DNA of 64,000 bases, taken from the NCBI GenBank assembly GCA_963667015.2, contig CAXXJJ010000004.1, forward strand, positions 1,920,001 through 1,984,000, written 5' to 3'. This document shows positions 45,245 to 56,157 of the stretch, in pieces; within the stretch, counting starts at the first letter, position 1, and the number at the start of each line of letters is the position of its first letter. The notes beneath the pieces are model-generated. The model was not told where the DNA came from and did not search any database. It worked only from the letters and a program-made list of their open reading frames with translations. The translations under genes and the position numbers were made by a program. The DNA comes from Desulfatiglandales bacterium. Its GTDB lineage: Bacteria > Desulfobacterota > DSM-4660 > Desulfatiglandales > HGW-15.

Positions 45245-46897
45245 ATGGCTATAAGACTGCTGATAATTGGAGGCGTTGCGGGTGGAGCTACAGCCGCAGC
45301 AAGGGCAAGAAGACTGGATGAAACTGCCGAGATCATTCTTTTTGAAAGAGGAGAGTATATCTCATTTGCCAACTGCGGTTTACCCTACTACATCGGAAAG
45401 GTGATAAAGGAAAGAGAGACCCTTCTAGTAACGACGGCAGAAGCATTCAAGGCAAGATATAACATTGATATCAGGCTTTTCAGTGAAGTTACTGAAATCA
45501 ACAGGGCCAAAAAACAGGTAACAGTAAAGGATATAAAAACTGGTGAAACCCACATTGAAAAGTATGACAAAATAATCCTTTCACCTGGAGCAGAACCGCT
45601 ACGACCGCCGCTTGCAGGGATTGATCTTGAAAATATATACAGCCTGAGAAGTATCCCTGATTCCGATCTTATCAAGGCACAGGTTGATGATAAGACACCC
45701 GAGTCGGCAGCAATCGTAGGAGGCGGTTTTATCGGACTTGAAATGGCTGAAAACCTTGCTCATAGAGGAGTAAAGGTAACTATCATAGAGATGCTTGACC
45801 AGGTAATGGCCCCTGTTGATTATGAGATGGCATCCATTGTTCACGCTCACCTAAAGGAAAAGGGGGTAACCCTTATACTTGGAGACGGAGTAAAATCCTT
45901 TTCTAAATCGGGCAACCGGATAAAGGTAACAACCGGTAAGGGTACAGAAACAGAATGTGAAATGGTTATACTATCGATTGGTGTCAGGTCTGAGAGCATA
46001 ATTGCAAAGCAGGCCGGCCTTGCCATCGGGAAACGCGGCGGAATAATTGTTGATTCCGGTATGAGGACATCCGATCCTGATATATTTGCTGTGGGAGATG
46101 CAGTAGAAACCAGGGATTATGTACTGGGATTCCCTGCAATGACTGCCCTGGCAGGCCCGGCAAATAAAGAGGCAAGAATAGCAGCTGATAATGCTATGGG
46201 TAGAAATGTTGTATTCAAAGGAACCCTGGGAAGTGCAGTGGCAAAGGTATTTGACCTTACCGTAGCGTCAACAGGCAGTAATGAAAAAAGCCTTAAGCAG
46301 AATAACATCCCTTACCTTGTCAGTTATACACACTCGGGTTCCCATGCCAGCTATTACCCGGATCCTGAGATGATGAGCATTAAGCTTGTTTTTTCACCCA
46401 GCAGAGGAAAGATTCTTGGAGCGCAGATAGTAGGGGGAAAAGGAGTAGATAAACGTATTGATGTTATTGCCACAGCAATACGCGGATCCATGACAGTATA
46501 TGACCTTGAGGAGCTTGAACTCGCATATGCCCCTCCCTTTTCATCGGCAAAAGATCCTGTCAATATCGCCGGCTTTGTTGCTGCAAATATTCTTAAAGGC
46601 GATGTACAGACTGTCAGCTGGGAAGACATTAAGGATATTGATCCTGAAAATGATATTTTAATCGACCTTAGAGACAAAGAAGAAATTGAGGAATCGGGAA
46701 CAATATCAGGTTCTCTGCATATCCCTGTTAATGAACTCAGGAGAAGGCTCAATGAGCTGGACAAATCAAAAAATTATATTCCCTACTGCGCCATAGGCCT
46801 GAGGGGCTATCTTGGTCACAGAATACTTGTCCAGAACGGATTCAGGGCAAAAAACCTTAGCGGAGGTTATAAGACCTGGAAGGCAACAATAAATTAG
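45245..46897 (+). CDS. CoA-disulfide/persulfide reductase with C-terminal rhodanese domain
   Basis: GGVAGG, SFANCGLPY, GGGFIG, YAPPF, YCAIGLRG. Confidence 0.92.
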   Translation: MAIRLLIIGGVAGGATAAARARRLDETAEIILFERGEYISFANCGLPYYIGKVIKERETLLVTTAEAFKARYNIDIRLFSEVTEINRAKKQVTVKDIKTGETHIEKYDKIILSPGAEPLRPPLAGIDLENIYSLRSIPDSDLIKAQVDDKTPESAAIVGGGFIGLEMAENLAHRGVKVTIIEMLDQVMAPVDYEMASIVHAHLKEKGVTLILGDGVKSFSKSGNRIKVTTGKGTETECEMVILSIGVRSESIIAKQAGLAIGKRGGIIVDSGMRTSDPDIFAVGDAVETRDYVLGFPAMTALAGPANKEARIAADNAMGRNVVFKGTLGSAVAKVFDLTVASTGSNEKSLKQNNIPYLVSYTHSGSHASYYPDPEMMSIKLVFSPSRGKILGAQIVGGKGVDKRIDVIATAIRGSMTVYDLEELELAYAPPFSSAKDPVNIAGFVAANILKGDVQTVSWEDIKDIDPENDILIDLRDKEEIEESGTISGSLHIPVNELRRRLNELDKSKNYIPYCAIGLRGYLGHRILVQNGFRAKNLSGGYKTWKATIN

Positions 46898-46968
46898 AAA
46901 CCCATATGGATCTATCCCGGAAAAACCTTGATAGATCCAATTCACATCTTCATTAGGAGATATTTTTA

Positions 46969-48597
46969 ATGACAGGAAAATTACACGAACTGGCAGGGAC
47001 AATCGCTCCTGAATCCATTCTGATAGACCCTGAAAAACTTGAATCAGCATATTATACAGATGAAATAAAGGGTCCGGTATCATTCGGCACCTCCGGGCAC
47101 AGGGGCTCATCCCTTTCCGGTACCTTTAATGACGCCCATATAGCAGCAACATCCCAGGCCATATGTGAATACCGACGTTCGAAGGGTATCACAGGCCCCC
47201 TGTTTCTGGGGTTTGATTCCCATGCCCTTTCAAAACCTGCCTTTAAAACCGCGATTGAGGTCTTTACTGCAAATAATGTAGAGACTGTCATCCATGCGAA
47301 TGATCAATTCACCCCTACCCCGGTAATATCTTTCCTTATACTGGAGCATAATAAAGACGGCCATGACAAAACTGCAGACGGTGTTGTTGTCACGCCTTCA
47401 CATAATCCGCCAAAAGATGGAGGGTTCAAATATAATCCCCCGAGCGGAGGTCCGGCTGATGTGGATGCAACCGGCTGGATCCAGGACAGGGCAAATGAGA
47501 TTATAGATAATGGCGGAAAAGACATAAAAAGAATCATCTACGAAAAGGCCTGCCAATCAGCCAATGTGCATGAACAGGATTTTATTGCACCTTTTGTGAA
47601 ATCACTTTCACAGATCGTGGACATGGACCTGATAAAAAATGCAGGATTAAAAATAGGCGCCGACCCTATGGGGGGCTCGGGCGTTGGATTCTGGGAGCCC
47701 ATTGCCGACCTCTATGGTCTTGATATCGATGTGGTAAATAAAACGACAGACCCCACATTCCGCTTTATGACACTGGATTCCGACGGGCAGATACGGATGG
47801 ACTGCTCTTCCCCCTATGCAATGGCAGGCCTTATTGCCATGTCTGATAAATATGATATCGCATGGGGCAATGACACTGACTTTGACAGGCATGGCATTGT
47901 ATGCCCCGATGGATTAATGAATCCCAACCATTACCTCTCGGTTGCCATATGGTATCTCCTTCAAAACAGGCCGGGCTGGAATAAAGATATTGCCATAGGA
48001 AAAACACTCGTAAGCAGCAGCATTATTGACATGATTGTCAATGCGGGAGGAAAGAAACTGTATGAAGTGCCCGTTGGCTTTAAATGGTTTGTTAAGGGAC
48101 TGCTGGATGGCAGTGTAGCCTTTGGAGGTGAAGAAAGTGCCGGGGCATCCTTTTTAAGGATGGATGGATCAGCATGGACAACCGATAAAGACGGATTCTG
48201 CATGACACTTTTAGCAGCAGAGATCCTTGCTAAAACCGGTAAATGCCCGTCTGAAATATACAGGGGTATACTTGTTCCCGAACATGGAGAACCCTTCTAC
48301 AGAAGAGAAGACGGCCTAATCAATGATGAACAGAAGGCAATACTTAAGGCATTCAGGCCTGAAAAAGTAAGAACAGAAACACTTGCGGGGAAAAAGATTA
48401 CCAAAATTATGACCAGTGCTCCCGGCAATAATGCATCCATAGGGGGTGTTAAGGTTACACTGGAGGGAGGCTCATGGTTTGCAATCAGGCCCTCTGGAAC
48501 AGAACCGAAGATGAAGGTATATATAGAAAGCTTTGAGGGTGAGGACCTCTGGCAAAGCATATATGATGAAGCGCTGCCTCTGATTTTTGGGGAGTAA
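46969..48597 (+). CDS. pgm: Phosphoglucomutase
   Basis: FGTSGHRG, TPSHNP, DTDFDRH, GEESAG, RPSGTE. Confidence 0.95.
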   Translation: MTGKLHELAGTIAPESILIDPEKLESAYYTDEIKGPVSFGTSGHRGSSLSGTFNDAHIAATSQAICEYRRSKGITGPLFLGFDSHALSKPAFKTAIEVFTANNVETVIHANDQFTPTPVISFLILEHNKDGHDKTADGVVVTPSHNPPKDGGFKYNPPSGGPADVDATGWIQDRANEIIDNGGKDIKRIIYEKACQSANVHEQDFIAPFVKSLSQIVDMDLIKNAGLKIGADPMGGSGVGFWEPIADLYGLDIDVVNKTTDPTFRFMTLDSDGQIRMDCSSPYAMAGLIAMSDKYDIAWGNDTDFDRHGIVCPDGLMNPNHYLSVAIWYLLQNRPGWNKDIAIGKTLVSSSIIDMIVNAGGKKLYEVPVGFKWFVKGLLDGSVAFGGEESAGASFLRMDGSAWTTDKDGFCMTLLAAEILAKTGKCPSEIYRGILVPEHGEPFYRREDGLINDEQKAILKAFRPEKVRTETLAGKKITKIMTSAPGNNASIGGVKVTLEGGSWFAIRPSGTEPKMKVYIESFEGEDLWQSIYDEALPLIFGE

Positions 48598-50246
48598 TGA
48601 TGAGGAGATACGCCAATAAAATAATAACCTGTGCGTTAATTATTGGCCCTGTGTTTATGCTTTCTTCCTCCTGTTTTGGGGATTCCTTCGAAACATCACT
48701 TGATAAAAAAAAAGATACCAGTATCCATAAATTGAATACCAGTGAAGAGGAAATTTCCGAACAAAAAATCAGGCAGGAAAATATCAGACTGGCAACTGAT
48801 CTGAAAAGACTGAAAACATTATCCTCAGAACTGGCATCCATGAAGTCCGAAATGTATAAAATGAGAGAAAGTTCCAATTTTTGGACAATTGAGTACTTCC
48901 CTCCTGAAGAACACGATAAAATTGAAAATATTCTCTTTCGTTATCTCATGATCAGAAACACACTCTGGGAGATAGTTAATTACTACAAGGATTACAGGGT
49001 CAACTTCAGCACCCCGGAAACCCAGACAAAGGGATTTTTAATAGGCTACAGCGCAGGTCTCCTCCTGACATCTAATACTTCACTGCTGGTAGCAACTTTT
49101 ATTGATGAGCCTGCAGGAAAAAGCAAACTGAATGAGGCCTATCCAAGATCTGAAATAAAATCCGGGACATTTGACATGCTGCTTTCAAGTGTTACATCCC
49201 TTGATCATATTGAAGCAATAAAGATAGGCAGGGTACTGTTCAACAGAGAAAAAAATGACGATACCTCTGTCCTTTATAACATCTATAGTACCAATCCGGA
49301 ATACCGGTCTGTTATCGATCAGATCGATGAGTTATACGCACTGACAGAAGAAAAGATAACATATATCCTTAAAAAGGAGTCGCTTCTGTTTCCTAAAACA
49401 GTTAACCGGTTACGGCATTCGGCTATCCTGAAGATAGCCGAAAAAATGAGTGATTCGCTTGGAGACAACCTCTATGCAATCAGAGGGCTTTTGTTCTCAA
49501 ATGTCAGTGACATAAAAATGCCCCTGACAAAACCCCTTAAATTTTCAGAAGAGCAGAAGACAAACATACACGCCATTCTGCGACCGGGAGATATTATCCT
49601 CACCTACACGGCAGGGTATATGAGCAACATCTTCCTGCCCGGTTCATTCAAGCATGGAATCACCTATGTCGGCCCCAGCTCCCTGCGAAAAGAAACAGGC
49701 CTGATTGAGTATCCCACAACACTTATTTCAGGTATTAATGCCGAAAAGCTTGAAAAGGATTTCTCAACCGATACAACTGAATCAGGACTTCCGGCGGATG
49801 TAATAGAAGCAGTCGCGGAAGGGGTTATATTCAATTCCCTTGATCTCCTCCTGGATACCCATATCAACAGGATGGTTGTACTGAGACCAAAGTTATCCCT
49901 GCAGGAACAGAAGGAGGCACTCACTATCGTATTCGCGCTTCTGGGAAATGAATATGATTTCAAATTTGATTTTAATGACGGTTCATACCAGTGCTGCACG
50001 GAGGTAATATACAGGGCGCTCAACTCCAGGGGATTGTACAATTTTGATCTCATAAAAAGGATGGGAACCCTTACCCTGAGTGCTGATGATATCCTTGAAT
50101 ACTATGTAAACCAGGAATACAAGCCCTTTGATATTGTCCTGTATGCAGGGAAGGATCGCTATCCAAGAGGGAAAAGGGCAAAGATATACAAAGGGGACGA
50201 GGGGTTGAAACAATTAAAAAAGCTTATGAAAATATCTCAGAATTGA
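48597..50246 (+). CDS. Exported protein with C-terminal permuted papain-like NlpC/P60 (YiiX/YebB-like) domain
   Basis: Signal-like N-terminus; LRPGDIIL, FKHGITYVG, EAVAEGV, YDFKF..CCTEV. Confidence 0.75.
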   Translation: MMRRYANKIITCALIIGPVFMLSSSCFGDSFETSLDKKKDTSIHKLNTSEEEISEQKIRQENIRLATDLKRLKTLSSELASMKSEMYKMRESSNFWTIEYFPPEEHDKIENILFRYLMIRNTLWEIVNYYKDYRVNFSTPETQTKGFLIGYSAGLLLTSNTSLLVATFIDEPAGKSKLNEAYPRSEIKSGTFDMLLSSVTSLDHIEAIKIGRVLFNREKNDDTSVLYNIYSTNPEYRSVIDQIDELYALTEEKITYILKKESLLFPKTVNRLRHSAILKIAEKMSDSLGDNLYAIRGLLFSNVSDIKMPLTKPLKFSEEQKTNIHAILRPGDIILTYTAGYMSNIFLPGSFKHGITYVGPSSLRKETGLIEYPTTLISGINAEKLEKDFSTDTTESGLPADVIEAVAEGVIFNSLDLLLDTHINRMVVLRPKLSLQEQKEALTIVFALLGNEYDFKFDFNDGSYQCCTEVIYRALNSRGLYNFDLIKRMGTLTLSADDILEYYVNQEYKPFDIVLYAGKDRYPRGKRAKIYKGDEGLKQLKKLMKISQN

Positions 50247-50381
50247 TATTTTTATCAATTTGCAGTCATATCCGCAATTAATACTTATATTCACTGCTAT
50301 CAGAAATATCGAATATCAGACAGCACTGGACAGAGTATATTATTATTGACATTTTTTGCATAAAACATATACACATTATGC

Positions 50382-51866
50382 ATGGCAACTAAAACAAAAC
50401 TATCTCTGGAAGACAGGGAGTTTTTTCAGCTTGTTTCCCGTGCAGCGCTTTCCAATCCATTCAGCGATGAAAGAATGGAGCTGGACTTCAGGATTGGAGA
50501 ATGCTCTCCTGACACACCCATAAATGCGCTTCTTGATTGCGTATATCACAAGATAAAGGAGCGCGTCGACCGGCTCGACAGGGAAGGGAAAGCAGATACA
50601 GGTCTGTACAGCGGCGATGACAAAATCATGATGCAAAGCGCCCTTATGTTTGAGATATTCTTCCTTTTTTCAAACAATTTTGATGACCTCATTGACAGGC
50701 AGATAAAGGCGGGTGAATCGGTCTGTTCAGTTTCATTCGGCAAAGATGCCATGGCAATGTTCATCAGACGGGGTTTCAACCCGGAAGAGGCGCGCAGATA
50801 CTTTGCAATACTTTACCAGTTAAAGAGATCATATTACTTCATAGATCAGGCGTTAATAGGTCAGAGTCCATGCATGAGGGATTTGAGACGGCATTTATGG
50901 AATAATGTATTCACTTATGACATCCAACTCTATGAACGCTATCTCATGGACAGGATGGAAGATTTTTCCACGCTTCTTCTCGGAGATACGGGTACAGGCA
51001 AGGGCACTGCCGCAGCAGCAATCGGAAGATCCGGCTTTATCCCCTACAACCCGGATAAACACATCTTCAGTGACAGCTTCATGAGCAACTTCATCTCTAT
51101 TAATCTTTCGCTCTATCCTGAATCACTTATTGAATCGGAACTTTTCGGTCATAAAAAAGGCGCATTTACAGGGGCCATAAATCAGCATGAGGGCATATTC
51201 TCAAGGTGCAGCCAATATGGCTCAATACTCCTGGACGAGATCGGCGATGTCTCTCTGACTGTTCAGTTAAAACTGCTGCAGCTTCTTCAGGAGAGGACGT
51301 TCAGCCCGGTAGGCAGCCATGAAATATTCAGGTTTAATGGAAGAGTAATTGCGGCAACAAACAAATCCCTGGAGGATCTTAGAGGAAACGGTCTTTTCAG
51401 GAGCGACTTTTACTACAGGCTCTGCTCGGACTGTATTGTGGTTCCATCATTATTTGAACGGATTCAGCAGAACCCGGGTGAATTAAAGCTTATACTTAAT
51501 AATATAATTACAAGGTTGACGGGCGAGGAATCACAGGAACTTGTTGCACTGGTACTGGAATCCATTGAGAAAAAACCCGGCAGGGAGTACCCATGGCCGG
51601 GAAATGTGCGGGAACTGGAACAGGCAACGCGCAGGATACTGCTTTCTCAGGAATATACCGGTGAAAACCTCTTACCCGACAGGGGGATAAAAGAGAGGCT
51701 GATAGCAGGAATAGAGACACAAAGCCTTGATTCGCAGGAGCTGATAAGCGGGTATTGCGCGCTTTTATATGAGAGATTCGGAACCTACGAGGAAGTATCG
51801 CGAAGAATGGGCCTTGACCGAAGGACAGTAAAAAAGCACATCGATTCATTCAGGAGAACTGATTAA
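50382..51866 (+). CDS. Sigma54-interacting AAA+ transcriptional activator with unrecognised N-terminal domain
   Basis: GDTGTGK, ESELFGHKKGAFTGA, LDEIG, FRSDFYYRL, WPGNVREL, C-terminal HTH. Confidence 0.9.
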   Translation: MATKTKLSLEDREFFQLVSRAALSNPFSDERMELDFRIGECSPDTPINALLDCVYHKIKERVDRLDREGKADTGLYSGDDKIMMQSALMFEIFFLFSNNFDDLIDRQIKAGESVCSVSFGKDAMAMFIRRGFNPEEARRYFAILYQLKRSYYFIDQALIGQSPCMRDLRRHLWNNVFTYDIQLYERYLMDRMEDFSTLLLGDTGTGKGTAAAAIGRSGFIPYNPDKHIFSDSFMSNFISINLSLYPESLIESELFGHKKGAFTGAINQHEGIFSRCSQYGSILLDEIGDVSLTVQLKLLQLLQERTFSPVGSHEIFRFNGRVIAATNKSLEDLRGNGLFRSDFYYRLCSDCIVVPSLFERIQQNPGELKLILNNIITRLTGEESQELVALVLESIEKKPGREYPWPGNVRELEQATRRILLSQEYTGENLLPDRGIKERLIAGIETQSLDSQELISGYCALLYERFGTYEEVSRRMGLDRRTVKKHIDSFRRTD

Positions 51867-51885
51867 TGAAAGGATTACTTCATTC

Positions 51886-52263
51886 ATGATTCAGAAACTT
51901 GCATTGCTGGCTCTGGCAGGTGGCATGGGATCTCTTGCCCGTTACGGACTGGCCGGATTTGTTCAAAGAACCACCGGTGTATCTTTTCCATGGGGAACAT
52001 TTGTCGTTAACATCTGCGCCTGTTTTATAGTAGGTATTTTATGGTCATTGTTTGAGAACAGATGGAGTATCTCGGGAGAGACAAGAACAATTGTGCTGGT
52101 AGGTTTTATGGGAGCCTTCAGCACCTTCTCAACTTTGATTTTTGAAACAGGTGATTTATTACGTTCTTCTGAATGGTTGTATGCAGCCGTTAATTTAACC
52201 ATCCACAACAGTCTGGGACTTCTCGCCCTTTTCATCGGGGCAGCACTCGGACGGATGATTTAA
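51886..52263 (+). CDS. crcB: Fluoride channel Fluc/CrcB
   Basis: GGMGSLARY, PWGTFVVN, GFMGAFSTFST. Confidence 0.93.
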   Translation: MIQKLALLALAGGMGSLARYGLAGFVQRTTGVSFPWGTFVVNICACFIVGILWSLFENRWSISGETRTIVLVGFMGAFSTFSTLIFETGDLLRSSEWLYAAVNLTIHNSLGLLALFIGAALGRMI

Positions 52264-52277
52264 GGGAGAGTATAATA

Positions 52278-52622
52278 ATGGTAAAACTTCCATCTGAGGC
52301 ATCTCTATTACGAATTTTCATTGGTGAAAGCGACAAGGTCCATGGAAGACCTCTCAGTGAAATCATCGTGGAAAAGGCCAGGGAACTGGGCCTTGCAGGG
52401 GCCACGGTATTGCGGGGAATTCTGGGTTTCGGGGCAAACAGCCGGATACATACATCCAAGGTATTGCGTCTTTCAGAAGACCTCCCGCTTGTAATTGAGA
52501 TCGTAGACGAAGAAGAGAAGATCAATACCCTGCTGCCGGAACTGGACAAGGTTATAGGCGAGGGGTTGATAACCCTTGAAAAGGTCAGGGTAATAGCCTA
52601 CCGCCATGGTCCAAAGGCTTAA
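52278..52622 (+). CDS. DUF190 family (PII-like) protein
   Basis: LRIFIGESD, GLAGATVLRGILGFG, LSEDLPLVIEIVD; typical crcB neighbour. Confidence 0.9.
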   Translation: MVKLPSEASLLRIFIGESDKVHGRPLSEIIVEKARELGLAGATVLRGILGFGANSRIHTSKVLRLSEDLPLVIEIVDEEEKINTLLPELDKVIGEGLITLEKVRVIAYRHGPKA

Positions 52623-52624
52623 AC

Positions 52625-52650
52625 GGTCGGGCACAGGGGCCTGCCCTTCT
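52625..52650 (-). repeat. Degenerate GTAG-family REP-like hairpin
   Basis: Reverse complement AGAAGGGCAGGCCCCTGTGCCCGACC. Confidence 0.4.
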
Positions 52651-52862
52651 TTCTGATATTTATTCACTCTAATCTGAATACAACAAAATTTATTCCTTCT
52701 AAGGTATAACGAACTAAAAATTTACCAGAAGCCCGCATTCATAGCCTTACCGAGTTGACAAAATATCAATGTTAGGATACACAATAACTCGTTTTGCTTC
52801 CGTTTTGTACTTACCCGTTCCATAGTTTTAGTAACACACTTCTTCGTTAAGGAGGTAATTGA

Positions 52863-54335
52863 ATGTCAACATCTTTGATCATCGCAATTGCGTATTTCCT
52901 TATCCTCAGCCTCGGCACAAGTTTATTTTTAGGCAGAAAGGTAAAATCAGGCACCGACCTGGTAACAGGCAGCAGTAAACTGCCATGGCCCCTTGTTACA
53001 GCGGCTTTCGTCCTTGCCCCTCTTGGAAGCGGACATACCTTTGCCCTGTGGGAGGCTCAGGCAGGTTTAGGCGCGTCTGTCTTATGGTGGGGAATAATAG
53101 GAGGCGGCATCTTTGTGCCCCTGTTTTTACTCTGGTTCGGCCCCTGGTTCCGCCAGTTAAATGTCCAGACTTTTCCGGAAGGGATAGGAAAAATCTTTGG
53201 AGAAAATATCGGATGGCTGATAGCAGCGGTTTTCCCTGTTCAGCTGATCGGTATCTGTATTGCAGAAGTGCTTGCGACTGCTGCTGCCTTCTGGACCCTT
53301 GGGGGTGAAGCAATTTCCTATTCAGCCTGCATTTTCCTGGCTGTTGGCTTTACAATTATCTACATTGTTGTAGCAGGTCTCATGCAGGTAGCCTGGATGA
53401 ATATGTTTAATGCAATCATGCTTATTCTGGGTTCCTTCTCGGCTGTTGTTGCCACCAGCTTCTGGCTTGCGGGACGTGGCGGCTGGGAGGCTATAGCCCA
53501 GACTTACGCATCAGAAGGTATGCCATGGAAGATAAGTATAACGAATTTTTCTCCTGACGTTATCTTCGGATTTATCATTCCCTGCCTGTTCCTTCTAATA
53601 TTCATGTGCAGCGCTTCCCAGGCCCAGTATCAGCCAATGCTCCTGGCTAAATCTGATTCGGATGTACGAAAGGGTATTTTCTTTGCTTCCTTTATAAACA
53701 GCATGGTTACATATCCATGGGTTATCCTTGGCCTGGTTGCCATGTCTATACCTGTTGTGGCATCAGCCGGTGCTAAGCTTTGTGTACCCAAACTGGCATT
53801 AATGGCCCTTCCACCCTGGATGGTTGGAATTCTGATGATATCGCTCCTTTCTGCTACACTATCCACCACTTCCCAGCTGATCCTGGCCTCATCCCACATG
53901 ATTGTTCATGACATCTTCAGGAAGGCGGTCAATCCGGAGATGAGTGATAAGACCTTTTTGATACTCACCAGGATAATGATTTTTGTCTGTGCGGTACTGG
54001 TGATTATCCCCGCTTTAATAATTGGAACACAAACTATCATGGGGATTTTCTTCTGGACATTCGCCTTTGGAATACCGGTATTCGGGGTCTATTTAATTGG
54101 AATGCTGTGGAAAGTCAGCAAGACTGCTGTATGGATTACCATGATAGCCGGATATGGTGCAAATTTTCTGTGGACATTTGCCCCTGATCTTATTTGGCTA
54201 CCTCCCCAGATGCAGTCAAATCCGGCAGTATATGCAACCATTTTAGCCACGCTGATCTTCGGTATTGTTCTCAACCTTATCCTGCCCGGAAAACCGGGAT
54301 ACCTGCGACAGATGAAGGCAGCGGGACAAAATTAG
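52863..54335 (+). CDS. Sodium:solute symporter family protein
   Basis: ~13 TM segments; LLSATLSTTS..LASSHMIVHDI; AGGAGG RBS. Confidence 0.88.
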   Translation: MSTSLIIAIAYFLILSLGTSLFLGRKVKSGTDLVTGSSKLPWPLVTAAFVLAPLGSGHTFALWEAQAGLGASVLWWGIIGGGIFVPLFLLWFGPWFRQLNVQTFPEGIGKIFGENIGWLIAAVFPVQLIGICIAEVLATAAAFWTLGGEAISYSACIFLAVGFTIIYIVVAGLMQVAWMNMFNAIMLILGSFSAVVATSFWLAGRGGWEAIAQTYASEGMPWKISITNFSPDVIFGFIIPCLFLLIFMCSASQAQYQPMLLAKSDSDVRKGIFFASFINSMVTYPWVILGLVAMSIPVVASAGAKLCVPKLALMALPPWMVGILMISLLSATLSTTSQLILASSHMIVHDIFRKAVNPEMSDKTFLILTRIMIFVCAVLVIIPALIIGTQTIMGIFFWTFAFGIPVFGVYLIGMLWKVSKTAVWITMIAGYGANFLWTFAPDLIWLPPQMQSNPAVYATILATLIFGIVLNLILPGKPGYLRQMKAAGQN

Positions 54336-54380
54336 AATATTACTGTAAACCTAATTATATTTTAGAAAAGGAGACAAAAA

Positions 54381-54488
54381 ATGGCATGGCCCTGGAAAAT
54401 TTTACTATTTCAACTTCTGGCGACATTTGGATTTGCCATTGTTATTTATATTATATGGAGACTGAGCCACCCCGGTAAAAAATGGTAG
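54381..54488 (+). CDS. Small single-TM protein, 35 aa (not in ORF track)
   Basis: AAGGAGA RBS; MAWPWKILLFQLLATFGFAIVIYIIWRLSHPGKKW. Confidence 0.65.
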   Translation: MAWPWKILLFQLLATFGFAIVIYIIWRLSHPGKKW

Positions 54489-54521
54489 GTCAGTGAACAA
54501 AAGGAATAAGGAGACAACGTA

Positions 54522-54641
54522 ATGACTACAACAACATTAGGTCCATCGATCGCTATTTATCTGTGCGGAATAATGATAGTTCTGGGCATTATTATTGTGG
54601 CAGGTCTGATCAGACAAAAAGCAGGAAAAAATAAAAAATAA
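54522..54641 (+). CDS. Small single-TM protein, 39 aa (not in ORF track)
   Basis: AAGGAGA RBS; MTTTTLGPSIAIYLCGIMIVLGIIIVAGLIRQKAGKNKK. Confidence 0.65.
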   Translation: MTTTTLGPSIAIYLCGIMIVLGIIIVAGLIRQKAGKNKK

Positions 54642-54738
54642 TTTTACTTGTATAAAGCAGGTTTAACTTTAAAAGGATACTTCAGGGAATATTTATACAT
54701 CTGTTGTATCCTTTTATTTTTAAAGAGGTCACGCAGAA

Positions 54739-55233
54739 TTGCTTGAGAATGAAATATTAAAAGCCAAAGAATACTTTGATATCTATGGTAAAGGCATACT
54801 CGAAGACAAAGAGATATCAATCCTTATCAATCAATACAAAGACGCCATTGGATATACATGGAAAACAATGGAAACCCTTGAAGTTACTGAATCCTGCAGT
54901 GAGTGTGCAGCAGGAGAACCGGGCGGCTGCTGCTTCCAGGAGGTAGAGACATGGTATACAGATGTTCAGATTTTAATAAATATGCTAATGGGAGTAAATA
55001 TCCCCAAGACTCGAATGTACAGCAACAGCTGCATGTTTGTAGGAGATAAAGGATGCAGATTGCTGTCCAGAAATGCCTTCTGCATCAATTTTTTATGTGA
55101 TAAGATTAAAACACGTATTTCAGTAGAGGAAATAAATACTCTTAATTCTGCGGCAGGTAAGGAAATAGACCTGGGTATCAGGCTGGAGAATGCGGTAACA
55201 GGGTGGCTTTCGGCAAATAGAGAGATCAAATGA
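54739..55233 (+). CDS. Cys-rich hypothetical protein (CxxC-x6-CC; possible metal/Fe-S binding)
   Basis: [27 protein letters not shown] start; ATGA overlap with zupT. Confidence 0.7.
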   Translation: MLENEILKAKEYFDIYGKGILEDKEISILINQYKDAIGYTWKTMETLEVTESCSECAAGEPGGCCFQEVETWYTDVQILINMLMGVNIPKTRMYSNSCMFVGDKGCRLLSRNAFCINFLCDKIKTRISVEEINTLNSAAGKEIDLGIRLENAVTGWLSANREIK

Positions 55234-56132
55234 ACAATGTACTAATAGCACTGGGACTGACAGTACTCGCAGGCATGGCCACAGGTATCGGGAGCGCAAT
55301 TGCCTTCTTTGCGAAAAAGAACAATTACCGGTTTCTATCAGTTTCAACCGGTTTTTCAGCCGGCGTTATGCTTTATGTTTCATTTGTTGAAATATTTTAC
55401 AAGGGCCTTGATACACTTGTAAACCAGTATGGAGAACGATTAGGCAACTGGATAAATGTGGCATCTTTTTTTGGAGGGATGCTACTGATAGGTATCATTG
55501 ACAAACTTATTCCCGCTGCAGAAAATCCGCATGAGGTTCATTCCGAAATAGAAAAGGCCTATGTAAAAGATCCTTCAGCACCTGTCCCCTATACCGGAAA
55601 ACTTGGGGACGAATTTTACGACGAAAACATGGGTGTACATGACCACAGCCCGGGACACACAAGACTAATGCGTATGGGAATGTTTACCGCCCTTGCCATT
55701 GGCATCCATAACTTTCCCGAAGGGCTCGCAACCTTTCTTGCGGCCTTAAATGACCCATCTCTGGGCATAGCAATTGCCGTAGCAATTGCCCTCCACAACA
55801 TACCTGAAGGAATCAGTGTTTCGGTTCCCATTTTCTATGCAACTGGCAACAGAAAAAAGGCCTTCATTCTATCCCTGTTAAGCGGTCTGGCTGAACCGGT
55901 TGGCGCCATATCAGTATACCTGGTTCTCCGCTTTTTCTGGGGCTGGCATACCTCTATGATTCCCCAGAGCCTTGTGGCAATTGTATTCGGTGGTGTCGCA
56001 GGCATTATGGTCTATATCAGCCTTGATGAACTGATTCCCACAAGCAGGGCATACGGCAAGGGGCATGACTGCATCATTGGACTGGTGGCGGGAATGCTGG
56101 TTATGGCCTTGAGTTTACTTATGTTTAAATAG
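55230..56132 (+). CDS. zupT: ZIP-family zinc transporter
   Basis: [42 protein letters not shown]. Confidence 0.93.
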   Translation: MNNVLIALGLTVLAGMATGIGSAIAFFAKKNNYRFLSVSTGFSAGVMLYVSFVEIFYKGLDTLVNQYGERLGNWINVASFFGGMLLIGIIDKLIPAAENPHEVHSEIEKAYVKDPSAPVPYTGKLGDEFYDENMGVHDHSPGHTRLMRMGMFTALAIGIHNFPEGLATFLAALNDPSLGIAIAVAIALHNIPEGISVSVPIFYATGNRKKAFILSLLSGLAEPVGAISVYLVLRFFWGWHTSMIPQSLVAIVFGGVAGIMVYISLDELIPTSRAYGKGHDCIIGLVAGMLVMALSLLMFK

Positions 56133-56157
56133 CAGGTATGGAGATTCGGGATAGATA

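Noticed and set aside
51866..51886. Fluoride riboswitch before crcB
   Set aside because: Only 19 nt of intergenic space; no GGCGATGG-type core
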